In this document: in pieces, positions 39,842 to 48,183 of the stretch
Layout of the letters: each line of letters opens with the position of its first letter
How positions within the stretch are numbered: position 1 is the first letter of the stretch
DNA from: Minisyncoccia bacterium
GTDB taxonomy: Bacteria; Patescibacteriota; Minisyncoccia; Phycocordibacterales; GWA1-40-21
Assembly (NCBI GenBank): GCA_044346845.1
Contig: JBIIYK010000001.1
Location: forward strand, 1 to 58,041
Direction of reading: 5' to 3'
DNA length: 58,041 nt
Notes under the pieces: model-generated
Database searches by the model: none
What the model was told of the DNA's origin: nothing
The model's input: only the letters and a program-made list of their open reading frames with translations
Program-made: the position numbers and the translations under genes

Positions 39842-42016
39842 TTACTTTAGTTTACCTAGCTTATGGGGGTTATGCATTTCACATGTCTTATTTGAACATC
39901 GCTCCGGGATAGTTTTTGTGCCTTCCATCATGAGAGCGCCACATATAGAGCAGAGATTACCAGTTGGTTTGGCTTTGATGGCGTTTTTGCATTTAGGATA
40001 ATTTGAACAGCTGTAAAAGACTCCAAAACGCCCGCGTTTTTCTGTCATTAAACCATCTTTACAAGTGGGGCAAGTTACGCCAGTACTATTTTGTTTTTCT
40101 AGCTCTGCATCTTTTTTAATATATTTACATTTAGGATAATTGGAGCAAGAGATAAAACGACCAAATTTTCCTTCACGTTCTACTAATTTTCCATCCTTAC
40201 ATTCCGGGCATTTTTCACCCGTTTCTTTTGGTCCAGCCATTTCTTCACCAGTTATTTTTCTTGCTCCAGTACAGTCTGGGTATTTAGCACAACTTAAAAA
40301 TTTACCATTTTTACCAAGTTTGATTATCATTGGTCCACCACAGATAGGGCAGATATGTTTAACGTCAGCTTCACCAAAGTTATTTACTTTATCAATTTTA
40401 TCCTTTGATTTTACTTCTTTTAAGAATGGTCCGTAAAAATCTTTTAGGGTTTTTAAATACTCAGCTTTGCCTTCCGCAATTAGGTCTAACTTGTCCTCCA
40501 TCTCAGCGGTAAAAGTGTCACTGATATAATTAGCAAAATTATTTTCCAGGAATGAACTAACTACATCACCGGTGTCAGTGGGAACTAGGGCTTTATTTAT
40601 TTTTTCGACATAACCACGGTCTTCAATTGTTTTTATAATTGAGGCATAAGTAGATGGACGGCCAATATCTCTCTTTTCCAATTCTTTAATCAAACCAGCT
40701 TCTGAATAACGGCCAGGTGGTTCTGTTTGTTTACCCTCGGAACTAATATCAAGTAGTTTAAGTTCTTCACCAACGGAGACTTGAGGTAGAATAACATCAT
40801 CACCAGTCCCTTCTTCGTCCGCAGCTAGCCAGCCCGGGAAAAGTAAACGGGAACCATTAGCCCAGAATTCAGGAATGGTTTCATCATTACCTACTTGCAC
40901 AAAAATCTTGGTGCGCATTATTTTGGCATCAGTCATTTGAGAAGCTACTGTTCTCTGCCAGATTAGGCGGTAGAGTTTTTGTTGCTCGTCGTTCATGCCA
41001 GCGCTTAATTTAGAAATATCAGTTGGACGGACAGCTTCATGTGCTTCCTGAGCATTTTTACTTTTGGCAGTAAAAGTGTGGGGTTGTAAATATTCTTTAC
41101 CATATTTTTTCTCCACTATATTGTAAATCTGCGCCAGAGCTACTTGACTTAAATTAACACTGTCTGTTCGCATATAAGAAATATAACCGGCCTCATAAAG
41201 TTTTTGCGCAATACCCATAGTGCGGGATGGAGCAAAACCCAGACGGGAACTGGCAGTTTGTTGTAAGGTGGAGGTGGTGAAAGGGGCTTTGGCTGAACGC
41301 TTGGTTTCTGTTTCAGAAACATTTTTTACCAGCCACTTGGATTTTTTACCAGCTTCTAAAATATTGTTAACTACTTTTTCATCTCTCGGTTCTTCAGAAC
41401 AGGTAAGTTGTAAATCTTGTTTAGTTTTAGTCTGAGTGAGAGCTGTGATTACCCAAAAGTTTTCTGGTATAAAAGCTCGGATCTCTCGTTCACGTTCCAT
41501 GATTATTCTAAGCGCGGGGGATTGGACTCGGCCGGCAGATAAACCGTAACGGACTTTCTTCCAAATCAAACCAGACAAATCATAACCCACTAAACGGTCT
41601 AATACTCGACGAGCTTCTTGAGCTTGTTTTAAATTATCATCTATTTCTCTAGGATGCTTCATGGCCTCCTGTACAGCATCTTTGGTAATTTCATAAAACA
41701 CTACGCGTTTAGGATTTTTTAAACCGACGGCTTCTTTTATATGCCAGGCAATAGCTTCACCTTCACGGTCAGGGTCAGTCGCTAAAAGTATTTCCTCGGC
41801 TTTTTTAGCCAAGGTTCTGATCTCTGTGACTACTTTTTCTTTACCAGGAGAAATTTCATAATGAGGAATAAAACCACCTTCTATATCAATGGCTTTTTTG
41901 TTACTTTTTGGTAGATCACGAATATGCCCTACGCTCGCGCGCACTTCGTATTTACCATCCAAATATTTGGAAATAGTTTTGGCTTTTGACGGGGACTCAA
42001 CAATTAATAATTTCAT
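39842..42016 (-). CDS. topA: DNA topoisomerase I with four C-terminal zinc ribbons
   Basis: Toprim LLIVESPSKAK, active-site YISYMRTDS, and repeated CPxC...C..C zinc-ribbon modules. Start placed at MKLLIVESP. The track ORF extends to 42055. Confidence 0.9.
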   Translation of the reverse strand: MKLLIVESPSKAKTISKYLDGKYEVRASVGHIRDLPKSNKKAIDIEGGFIPHYEISPGKEKVVTEIRTLAKKAEEILLATDPDREGEAIAWHIKEAVGLKNPKRVVFYEITKDAVQEAMKHPREIDDNLKQAQEARRVLDRLVGYDLSGLIWKKVRYGLSAGRVQSPALRIIMEREREIRAFIPENFWVITALTQTKTKQDLQLTCSEEPRDEKVVNNILEAGKKSKWLVKNVSETETKRSAKAPFTTSTLQQTASSRLGFAPSRTMGIAQKLYEAGYISYMRTDSVNLSQVALAQIYNIVEKKYGKEYLQPHTFTAKSKNAQEAHEAVRPTDISKLSAGMNDEQQKLYRLIWQRTVASQMTDAKIMRTKIFVQVGNDETIPEFWANGSRLLFPGWLAADEEGTGDDVILPQVSVGEELKLLDISSEGKQTEPPGRYSEAGLIKELEKRDIGRPSTYASIIKTIEDRGYVEKINKALVPTDTGDVVSSFLENNFANYISDTFTAEMEDKLDLIAEGKAEYLKTLKDFYGPFLKEVKSKDKIDKVNNFGEADVKHICPICGGPMIIKLGKNGKFLSCAKYPDCTGARKITGEEMAGPKETGEKCPECKDGKLVEREGKFGRFISCSNYPKCKYIKKDAELEKQNSTGVTCPTCKDGLMTEKRGRFGVFYSCSNYPKCKNAIKAKPTGNLCSICGALMMEGTKTIPERCSNKTCEMHNPHKLGKLK

Positions 42017-42099
42017 CTTATTTTCTAGTATGGCACAAAATATTTTTTTTACCAAATTTGTATATATATTATTAAATCAAATCTCGTAATTAGTAGTAC

Positions 42100-42115
42100 A
42101 TTCACCATGGTGTAT
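42100..42115. promoter_or_regulatory. operator-like palindrome copy 1 (ATTCACCATGGTGTAT) over the -35 region
   Basis: It matches the perfect palindrome at 42552-42567 at 15 of 16 positions. Both copies are preceded by TAGTAG. Confidence 0.5.
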
Positions 42116-42127
42116 CTAATTAAATAG

Positions 42128-42136
42128 TGATATGAT
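42128..42136 (+). promoter_or_regulatory. extended -10 box TGATATGAT
   Basis: It ends 6 nt before the ATG at 42143. Confidence 0.5.
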
Positions 42137-42142
42137 GAATAC

Positions 42143-42529
42143 ATGGGTGGATTATTATTTAAACATAAAAAGATGAAGGTTAATATCTCAGGATTGCTGG
42201 TGCTTAATTCTGATAAGAGAGAAAAGCCGGCACGAACGCCAAAAAGGAATTACTCATTTAATAAGTGTTTTTATCATAACTTTTCTAACAAAGCGCCAAA
42301 GGATTTGATAGTGATGTATGATATTCCCGCTGATAAGAGAAAGGAGAGGGATTGGCTTAGAAGACATTTGCAAAGATTTGATTATATCATGATTCAGAAA
42401 AGCGTCTGGGTCGGACCGTCACCGCTACCTGGAGGGTTTCTTGAATATTTGAAATCAATTGGCCTATTATCTAAATTAAGAACCTTAAAATTAGCTAAAC
42501 CCTACTCAAAAGATATTTTAAATATGTAA
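42143..42529 (+). CDS. small Cas2-fold / PaaX C-terminal-like protein
   Basis: 128 aa. The core LIVMYDIPADKRKERDWLRRHLQRFDYIMIQKSVWVG matches the beta-alpha-beta pattern of Cas2/PaaX_C-like proteins that are common in CPR genomes. Confidence 0.45.
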   Translation: MGGLLFKHKKMKVNISGLLVLNSDKREKPARTPKRNYSFNKCFYHNFSNKAPKDLIVMYDIPADKRKERDWLRRHLQRFDYIMIQKSVWVGPSPLPGGFLEYLKSIGLLSKLRTLKLAKPYSKDILNM

Positions 42530-42551
42530 ATTATCCTATCACTAATAGTAG

Positions 42552-42567
42552 ATTCACCATGGTGAAT
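42552..42567. promoter_or_regulatory. operator-like perfect 16-bp palindrome copy 2 (ATTCACCATGGTGAAT)
   Basis: Perfect dyad located 23 nt after the stop of the Cas2-fold gene. Confidence 0.5.
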
Positions 42568-42612
42568 GTTGGATTATAATTTTTAGTTATTGTTAATAAA
42601 TTTTAATAAAGG

Positions 42613-42648
42613 AAAAACCTGCCAAAGCAAGTTATCCTTGCAGGCAGG
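42613..42648 (-). terminator. intrinsic terminator of the 90-aa gene
   Basis: On the minus strand: CCTGCC...GGCAGG stem followed by TTTTT. Confidence 0.6.
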
Positions 42649-42657
42649 TATCAATCT

Positions 42658-42930
42658 CTATCTTTTAATAACCGGTCTTTCAACAGCAGCTAGATGAGAA
42701 CCTCGAGGTGGAATATTTACTCCTTTTACTTTGTGTGATTTTTGTGGTGCAGGTTCGTATTTTGAACAATTATCAAGTGATAATTTGAAGCCGATCTTTG
42801 GCGTACTGAATATTTTGGGGTCAATACGGCTATCATGACTGTTTCCACCAAACATATGGCTTGCTCTTGGCCAGCCACAATTTATACAAGGAACTCTACC
42901 AGCTTTTACTGAAAGCACTTTAATTTTCAT
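42658..42930 (-). CDS. hypothetical 90-aa protein
   Basis: Good SD (AAGGAG 9 nt upstream) and its own terminator. No recognisable domain; CINCGW is the only Cys pair. Confidence 0.5.
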   Translation of the reverse strand: MKIKVLSVKAGRVPCINCGWPRASHMFGGNSHDSRIDPKIFSTPKIGFKLSLDNCSKYEPAPQKSHKVKGVNIPPRGSHLAAVERPVIKR

Positions 42931-42997
42931 TAGCTATTACTCCTTAAGTATTAATTTTGGAACATCTTTCTAAGTATGATACTAATACTATTTAATT

Positions 42998-43909
42998 TTA
43001 TGTCAAATGCACTTCGCCGAGTTTTTCGGAGATGAGGCCTTTGAGCTCCATGACAGAGAGGACGGCATTGGCTTGGCCTATAGGCATATCCAGGGCGCGG
43101 AGGAGATCATCTTTTGGCATTGGTTCACGAAGAGCTTTGATGACGGCTTTTTCTTCCGGACTACATTCATTGTATTCAAGCTCTAAGTTTCTTGGGGCTG
43201 AATCTTTACTTTCAAAACCGAGAGCTAATAGCAATTCCTCAGGTTTGGTGATAGGTGTGGCGCCTAGGCGTATTAGTAAGTGCGGGCCACCGGAAGTTTT
43301 AGAAAAGATATTACCCGGAACAGTGAGGACGTCTTTATTATAATCGGTGGCCATTCTCGAAGTAATCATGGTGCCACTTTTTGTTTCGGCTTCAATAATA
43401 AGGACGGCACAGGAAAGTCCAGCCATAATTCTATTTCTTTGAGGAAAACTATAACGAGTAGCTTTAAAATTTGATTCAAATTCGGAGAGCATGCCGCCAT
43501 TATTTTCTAAAATTTTTTTCATTAAGCCCAGATGAGCAATGGGATGTAGGGAGTCCACACCAAGTCCTGAACCAGGTACGGCAATGGTTTTTAATCCGGT
43601 ATTCATAGCGGCTTCATGCGCAATACCATCAATACCAATGGCTAGACCGGAAACAATAGCTATATCATAACCGCGCAGACCAGCAATTAGTTTTTCACAA
43701 GCCTCCTTGCCGTAATTTGTATAACGTCTAGAGCCTACGACACAAAGTAGTTTGGTATTTGGTCCAGGTAGATTACCTCGGAGGAAAAGTCTTTCTGGTT
43801 TTTGGGGAATCTCTAGGAGTTGTTCTGGGAATTCCTTCTTTTTTAATTCACGAATGGGAAAATCTCTATCAATTGGGTGAATTATTTTCATGATTGTAAA
43901 TTCTAACAT
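42998..43909 (-). CDS. dprA: DNA processing protein DprA/Smf
   Basis: 303 aa. Rossmann-like core SGLAIGIDGIAHEAA and a C-terminal winged-helix-like domain. Confidence 0.85.
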   Translation of the reverse strand: MLEFTIMKIIHPIDRDFPIRELKKKEFPEQLLEIPQKPERLFLRGNLPGPNTKLLCVVGSRRYTNYGKEACEKLIAGLRGYDIAIVSGLAIGIDGIAHEAAMNTGLKTIAVPGSGLGVDSLHPIAHLGLMKKILENNGGMLSEFESNFKATRYSFPQRNRIMAGLSCAVLIIEAETKSGTMITSRMATDYNKDVLTVPGNIFSKTSGGPHLLIRLGATPITKPEELLLALGFESKDSAPRNLELEYNECSPEEKAVIKALREPMPKDDLLRALDMPIGQANAVLSVMELKGLISEKLGEVHLT

Positions 43910-43956
43910 TAATTGTTACTATATAATAATAAAAAGGGGGATAATTAATTAATAAT

Positions 43957-45237
43957 ATGCTTGATATAAAATTCATCAAAGATAACCGAGACATCATAGA
44001 GGCGGCTATAACTAACAAGAGATCCAAGGCTGTTAACCTTGATGAACTTTTATCTCTCTATGAGGAAAGAAAAAAATTAAAAGGTGAACTTGATGAAATA
44101 AATCAAAAAAGAAATGTGGCGGCTCAAAACCGAGCTATAGAAGAGGGAATTGCTCTCAAAAAAGAATCAGCAATAATTGAAGCTAAATTGCCGGATTTAG
44201 AGAAAAAGTTTATGGCCTTGATGATTGCTTTACCAAACATTCCATCAGCTGATACTCCAATTGGAAAAGATGATACTGAGAATAAAATTTTACGAGCAGT
44301 AGGAGAAATTCCTAAGTTTGATTTTAAGCCTAAGGAGCATTGGGAGCTTGGTGCAGAACTTGATTTGATTGATAATGAAAGAGCGGGTAATATTTCTGGC
44401 CCCAGATTTACTTATTTAAAGGGTGACTTGGCCTTGATGCAGTTTGCTCTTATACAATTTACTTTGGGTGCCTTAACCAGTGAAGACACTTTAGAGAAAA
44501 TTAAAAATGATTCAGGAATCCAGATTACTACCAAGCCTTTTACCCCAATTGTTCCTCCAGTTTTCATCAAGCCGGCTGTTCTAAACAGAATGGCTAGATT
44601 AGAGCCTAGAGATGAAAGGTATCATACTGAGGCGGACGATCTTTATTTGATAGGTAGCGCTGAACATACTCTCGGACCGATGCATATGGATGAAGTTATC
44701 TCTGAAGAAAAATTACCAATTAGATATGTTGGTTACTCTACTTCATTTAGACGAGAGGCCGGAGCGGCCGGTAAAGATACCAGAGGAATACTTCGCATGC
44801 ATCAATTTGATAAATTAGAAATGGAAACTTTTTGTTTACCAGAAAATTGTTATAAAGAGCAAGATTTTCTAGTGGCTATCCAGGAATATCTGATGTCTTC
44901 TCTTGGTCTGCCTTACCGTATTGTTATTTGTTGTACCGGTGATATGGGTGACCCAGATCATCGTCATATGGATTTGGAGACTTGGATGCCGGGACAAGAT
45001 AAATATCGTGAGACACATAGCGCTGACCTCATGACCTCATACCAATCCAGAAGATTAAATACAAGATTTAAGAGAGGAGATGATAAGCCTGATTTTGTTC
45101 ATATGAATGATGCCACTGCTATTGCTATTGGCCGAACCCTGATTGCTATTATGGAAAATTATCAGCAAGCTGATGGCTCCATTAAAATCCCTGAAGTGTT
45201 GCAGAAATATATGGGAAAGAGTGTGATTTCAAAATAG
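43957..45237 (+). CDS. serS: serine--tRNA ligase
   Basis: 426 aa. N-terminal coiled-coil arm and class II motif 2 FRREAGAAGKDTRGILRMHQF. Confidence 0.95.
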   Translation: MLDIKFIKDNRDIIEAAITNKRSKAVNLDELLSLYEERKKLKGELDEINQKRNVAAQNRAIEEGIALKKESAIIEAKLPDLEKKFMALMIALPNIPSADTPIGKDDTENKILRAVGEIPKFDFKPKEHWELGAELDLIDNERAGNISGPRFTYLKGDLALMQFALIQFTLGALTSEDTLEKIKNDSGIQITTKPFTPIVPPVFIKPAVLNRMARLEPRDERYHTEADDLYLIGSAEHTLGPMHMDEVISEEKLPIRYVGYSTSFRREAGAAGKDTRGILRMHQFDKLEMETFCLPENCYKEQDFLVAIQEYLMSSLGLPYRIVICCTGDMGDPDHRHMDLETWMPGQDKYRETHSADLMTSYQSRRLNTRFKRGDDKPDFVHMNDATAIAIGRTLIAIMENYQQADGSIKIPEVLQKYMGKSVISK

Positions 45238-45242
45238 GAATT

Positions 45243-45358
45243 CTTGCCGACCGAAAACATTAAAATTTTTTGAGTCTGGTTTTGATCCAGTCTTACTGGA
45301 AATAAAGACTGGCAAAAGACGCGAGGACCAAAAAATTTGAATAGTTTTTGGGAGGCAG
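45243..45358 (+). other. imperfect long hairpin of about 115 nt between serS and ftsQ-like
   Basis: The outer arms 45243-45271 and 45330-45358 are complementary at about 22 of 29 positions. There is an inner perfect 8-bp hairpin CCAGTCTT/AAGACTGG (45287-45312). No T-run. Confidence 0.35.
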
Positions 45359-45382
45359 ATAGAAACTTTTAAAACAAAGATT

Positions 45383-46234
45383 ATGTCTGCTACCAGAAAT
45401 CCAAACCTTGCCCCGTCACAGATGCGTATAAGAAGGAGAAGGCAGCTTTTTATCCGACTTTATATTGTATTATTTTTCTTGGCGGTGATTGTTTTAGGTC
45501 TGGCTATCTTTTCTGGCTATAAAAAAGTAGTAATTCAAACTATAATAATTTCTGGTAATGCAGCAGTAACAAGTGATGATGTTTTGGCTATTGTAAATCA
45601 GGATCTCTCTGGACGTTATTTTTATTTATTTTCTAGAGGCAATTCTATGATTTTTCCTAGATCTAGAATTAAAGCAGATCTTTTGGAACAAATTAAAACC
45701 ATCAAGGACCTGGATATTTCCTGGGATAATTGGCAGCAAATATCCATCATATTGACCGAAAGGAAACCCCATTCTGTCTGGTGTGGTAAAGATATCTCGA
45801 ACCCAGCTCCTACTTGTTATTTTATGGATAGAGATGGCTATGTTTATAAGGAGACTGGTTTTACTGGCACCATCTTTGTTAAAAATTATGGACCACTCCT
45901 ACTGGGGCAAATAAATAGTGAAAATGAGGAAAATCCTGTCGGCAGTTATTTCCTATCAAAACAAATGTATTTGCAGATTTTTAGTCTGATAGATAAGTTG
46001 AGTGAATATGGTCTACGAGTATCTGCCGTTTCTTTTGATGAAACTGATTTTAAATTTGTTTTAGAAATAGGTCCAACAATTATTTTTAATGATGAGGCTA
46101 GTTTTGATACGTCTTTTTCTAATCTTCTTGTGGCTTTAGAGACAAAAAATTTGGATCTAATAAATGAAGCTAAAACTATCAATTATATTGATTTACGTTA
46201 TGATAGTAAGATTGTGATTGGCAGGAAGAAATAA
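45383..46234 (+). CDS. FtsQ/DivIB-like cell division protein
   Basis: 283 aa. Basic N-terminus, a single TM segment, then a POTRA-like region. The assignment rests on architecture only. Confidence 0.5.
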   Translation: MSATRNPNLAPSQMRIRRRRQLFIRLYIVLFFLAVIVLGLAIFSGYKKVVIQTIIISGNAAVTSDDVLAIVNQDLSGRYFYLFSRGNSMIFPRSRIKADLLEQIKTIKDLDISWDNWQQISIILTERKPHSVWCGKDISNPAPTCYFMDRDGYVYKETGFTGTIFVKNYGPLLLGQINSENEENPVGSYFLSKQMYLQIFSLIDKLSEYGLRVSAVSFDETDFKFVLEIGPTIIFNDEASFDTSFSNLLVALETKNLDLINEAKTINYIDLRYDSKIVIGRKK

Positions 46235-46235
46235 T

Positions 46236-47213
46236 ATGATTAATAACTTTTGGAAAAAAATAAAGAAGCCATTTTTCTGTTTGGCCCCTATGGCTGATGT
46301 TACGGATCCCGCTTTCCGTTATATGTTAGCAAAATATGGTAAAAATGTTGAAAATAAAAATCAAGTGGTTTTTTGGACAGAATTTGTCTCGGCGGACGGG
46401 CTGTGTCATAAGGAGGGGAGAAAAAAACTCCTTGGAATTTTGAAATTTTCTAAAATTGAAAAGCCGATAGTAGCTCAGATTTTTGGAGCCAAGCCGGAGA
46501 ATATAAAAAAGGCCTGTCAGCTTATATCCAAATTAGGATTTGACGGAATTGATATTAATATGGGCTGTCCGGATAAAAGTGTTATCAAACAAGGTGCTGG
46601 TTCAGCTTTGATTAAAACTCCCAAGCTGGCCAGGGATATTATTCAGGCCGCTATTTCTGGCGCAAACGGTCTACCAATATCAGTGAAGACACGTTTGGGT
46701 TTTAATACCATGGAATATCAAACTTGGTTACCGGAATTATTAAAAGAAAACATTTCAGCCCTCACTGTTCACTTTAGAACAAAAAAAGAAATGTCTAAAG
46801 TTAAGGCTCATTACGAATTAGCGCAGGAGGTGGTGAAGATTGTGCGAGCTGTAAATAAAGATGTAAAACTAATTGCCAATGGAGATATTCTTTCTACTGA
46901 AGAAGGAATAGAGAAGATGGTGGAATATGGTTTTGATGGAGTGATGATTGGGCGTGGGGTATTTGGTAACCCAGAGTTTTTTGCTGGTAATAATATTTTG
47001 AGTTTAGAAAAGAAATTAAAATATTTACTTGAGCATACAAAATTATTTGAAAAATTATTGAGAACTAAAAAAGCTGATAGCAGAAGCTTTGATGTGATGA
47101 AGAAACATTTTAAAGCCTACGTGAACGGCTTTGATGGCGCTAAAGAATTACGTGTTAAACTAATGACTACTGAAAATTCTAAGCAAGTTGCTGAAATTAT
47201 AAAAAACCTTTAA
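46236..47213 (+). CDS. dus: tRNA-dihydrouridine synthase
   Basis: LAPMADVTD, a FMN-binding TIM barrel, and catalytic INMGCP. ATG at 46236. The track ORF begins at TTG 46218. Confidence 0.85.
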   Translation: MINNFWKKIKKPFFCLAPMADVTDPAFRYMLAKYGKNVENKNQVVFWTEFVSADGLCHKEGRKKLLGILKFSKIEKPIVAQIFGAKPENIKKACQLISKLGFDGIDINMGCPDKSVIKQGAGSALIKTPKLARDIIQAAISGANGLPISVKTRLGFNTMEYQTWLPELLKENISALTVHFRTKKEMSKVKAHYELAQEVVKIVRAVNKDVKLIANGDILSTEEGIEKMVEYGFDGVMIGRGVFGNPEFFAGNNILSLEKKLKYLLEHTKLFEKLLRTKKADSRSFDVMKKHFKAYVNGFDGAKELRVKLMTTENSKQVAEIIKNL

Positions 47214-47237
47214 AGCTTTACTTATTTGGGATACCTA

Positions 47238-47246
47238 TGATATAGT
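47238..47246 (+). promoter_or_regulatory. extended -10 box TGATATAGT of ncRNA unit 1
   Basis: No ORF follows it. It is paralogous to the box at 47581-47589. Confidence 0.5.
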
Positions 47247-47252
47247 GGTGGC

Positions 47253-47560
47253 TCGTTGATCAGTACCTATTTTATAGGACGGGCTGATATCAGTTCACAG
47301 AAGATGTTTATCTAATCTACATTGGCTCCTCACCACCCCGATGAGCCTTTGGAGAACAGGGTAGAAAAGGATGCGGATTTGCTCGGTAAGGCTTTCCGCG
47401 GGTCATACCTGGACCAAGTAAGAATAGACGATGATGCAGTAGTCATGTCTTACTTTCCCACCATCGGCGTAACCTAATCCCGCCGGATTCTCGTCTTTTT
47501 CTCCCGGAAGACGATGGATTATAAGGGGGGTGGGCTGCAGTAAAATGCAGCCTATTTTTA
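47253..47560 (+). ncRNA. RNase P RNA-like ncRNA, compact paralog (unit 1)
   Basis: No credible ORF. By-eye matches to RNase P CR-II (47356-47391), CR-III (47408-47428) and CR-IV/V (47425-47453). P2-like pairing GGTGG (47247-47251) / CCACC (47458-47462) and a P3-like 5' hairpin. Terminator GGCTGCA/TGCAGCC plus T-run at 47533-47560. Confidence 0.45.
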
Positions 47561-47580
47561 TTTACATTTTTTTACCATTA

Positions 47581-47589
47581 TGATAGAGT
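47581..47589 (+). promoter_or_regulatory. extended -10 box TGATAGAGT of ncRNA unit 2
   Basis: Paralogous to 47238-47246. It is followed by the shared 42-nt module. Confidence 0.5.
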
Positions 47590-47595
47590 GATGTT

Positions 47596-48139
47596 TCATT
47601 GGTCAGCACCTATTTTATGGGACGAGCTGATATCAGTTCTAAAAACGGCTTCAAAGAGAGGAAAGACATGAGGGTTAACAGCACTGGACCTCCGAGTTTT
47701 GGACGATAAACCAAGGGACCACCGAGTTCGGAAAACAGGAAAGGGGGATGATCCAATGCCTTTTTGCTGACATGTTAGCGCTTTGCTACATTTCGGCTTT
47801 AGCCAACAATTGGCGGATAAGGAGTTATTGCAAAACTCCACTCATTAACGGGTTTCTTTTTCCTGGCCTACGCGAAGAGACGTTGTCTACTTAGAGACGT
47901 ATCACGTATTGGTCGTTGGTTTGCCCGTTAGGCACCGCTCACGTCCACGTCTCAGGGGTTTCCTGAATGCACCAACCACGTGACGATACCTGTTTTTAAA
48001 GTCGCCCGACTGACCTTCCTGCCTGTTCTTTGTTCCAGGTAAGGATGTGTCAATATACCAGGACGTTCTGACTCGAATCTCTTCGTCCTTGGGATATCTA
48101 CTCACGCGCGACAGGGTCCTACCCCCTGCCGCGCTTTTT
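47596..48139 (+). ncRNA. rnpB: RNase P RNA-like ncRNA, expanded paralog with canonical CR-I (best rnpB candidate) plus a 3' extension of about 115 nt
   Basis: GAGGAAAGACATG (47658-47670) resembles CR-I. CCTGAATGCACCAACCACGTGACGATACCTGTTTTTA (47962-47998) resembles CR-IV/V. GGTCAG (47601-47606) pairs with CTGACC (48010-48015), closing the molecule. Strong terminator GCGCGACAGGG/CCCTGCCGCGC plus TTTTT at 48106-48139. Hand count gives 48% GC at 47941-48000. Confidence 0.5.
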
Positions 48140-48183
48140 CTTACCCACTTTTTTGATTTTATCTTTGCAAAGGGAAAATGGAT

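Noticed and set aside
2324-41435. Numerous 60-137-aa ORFs antisense to or nested in long genes (for example 2324-2641, 3993-4232, 7422-7958, 12177-13835, 16352-16558, 17793-18232, 19702-19893, 22407-22718, 32901-33761, 37699-38004, 39193-39486, 40140-40436, 41220-41435)
   Set aside because: All are fully embedded in well-supported genes on the other strand or in another frame, and none has its own expression signals.
42143-42529. CRISPR-Cas locus suggested by the Cas2-fold protein
   Set aside because: No direct-repeat/spacer array exists anywhere in the window, and no cas1 or effector gene is present. Stand-alone Cas2/PaaX_C-like proteins are common outside CRISPR loci.
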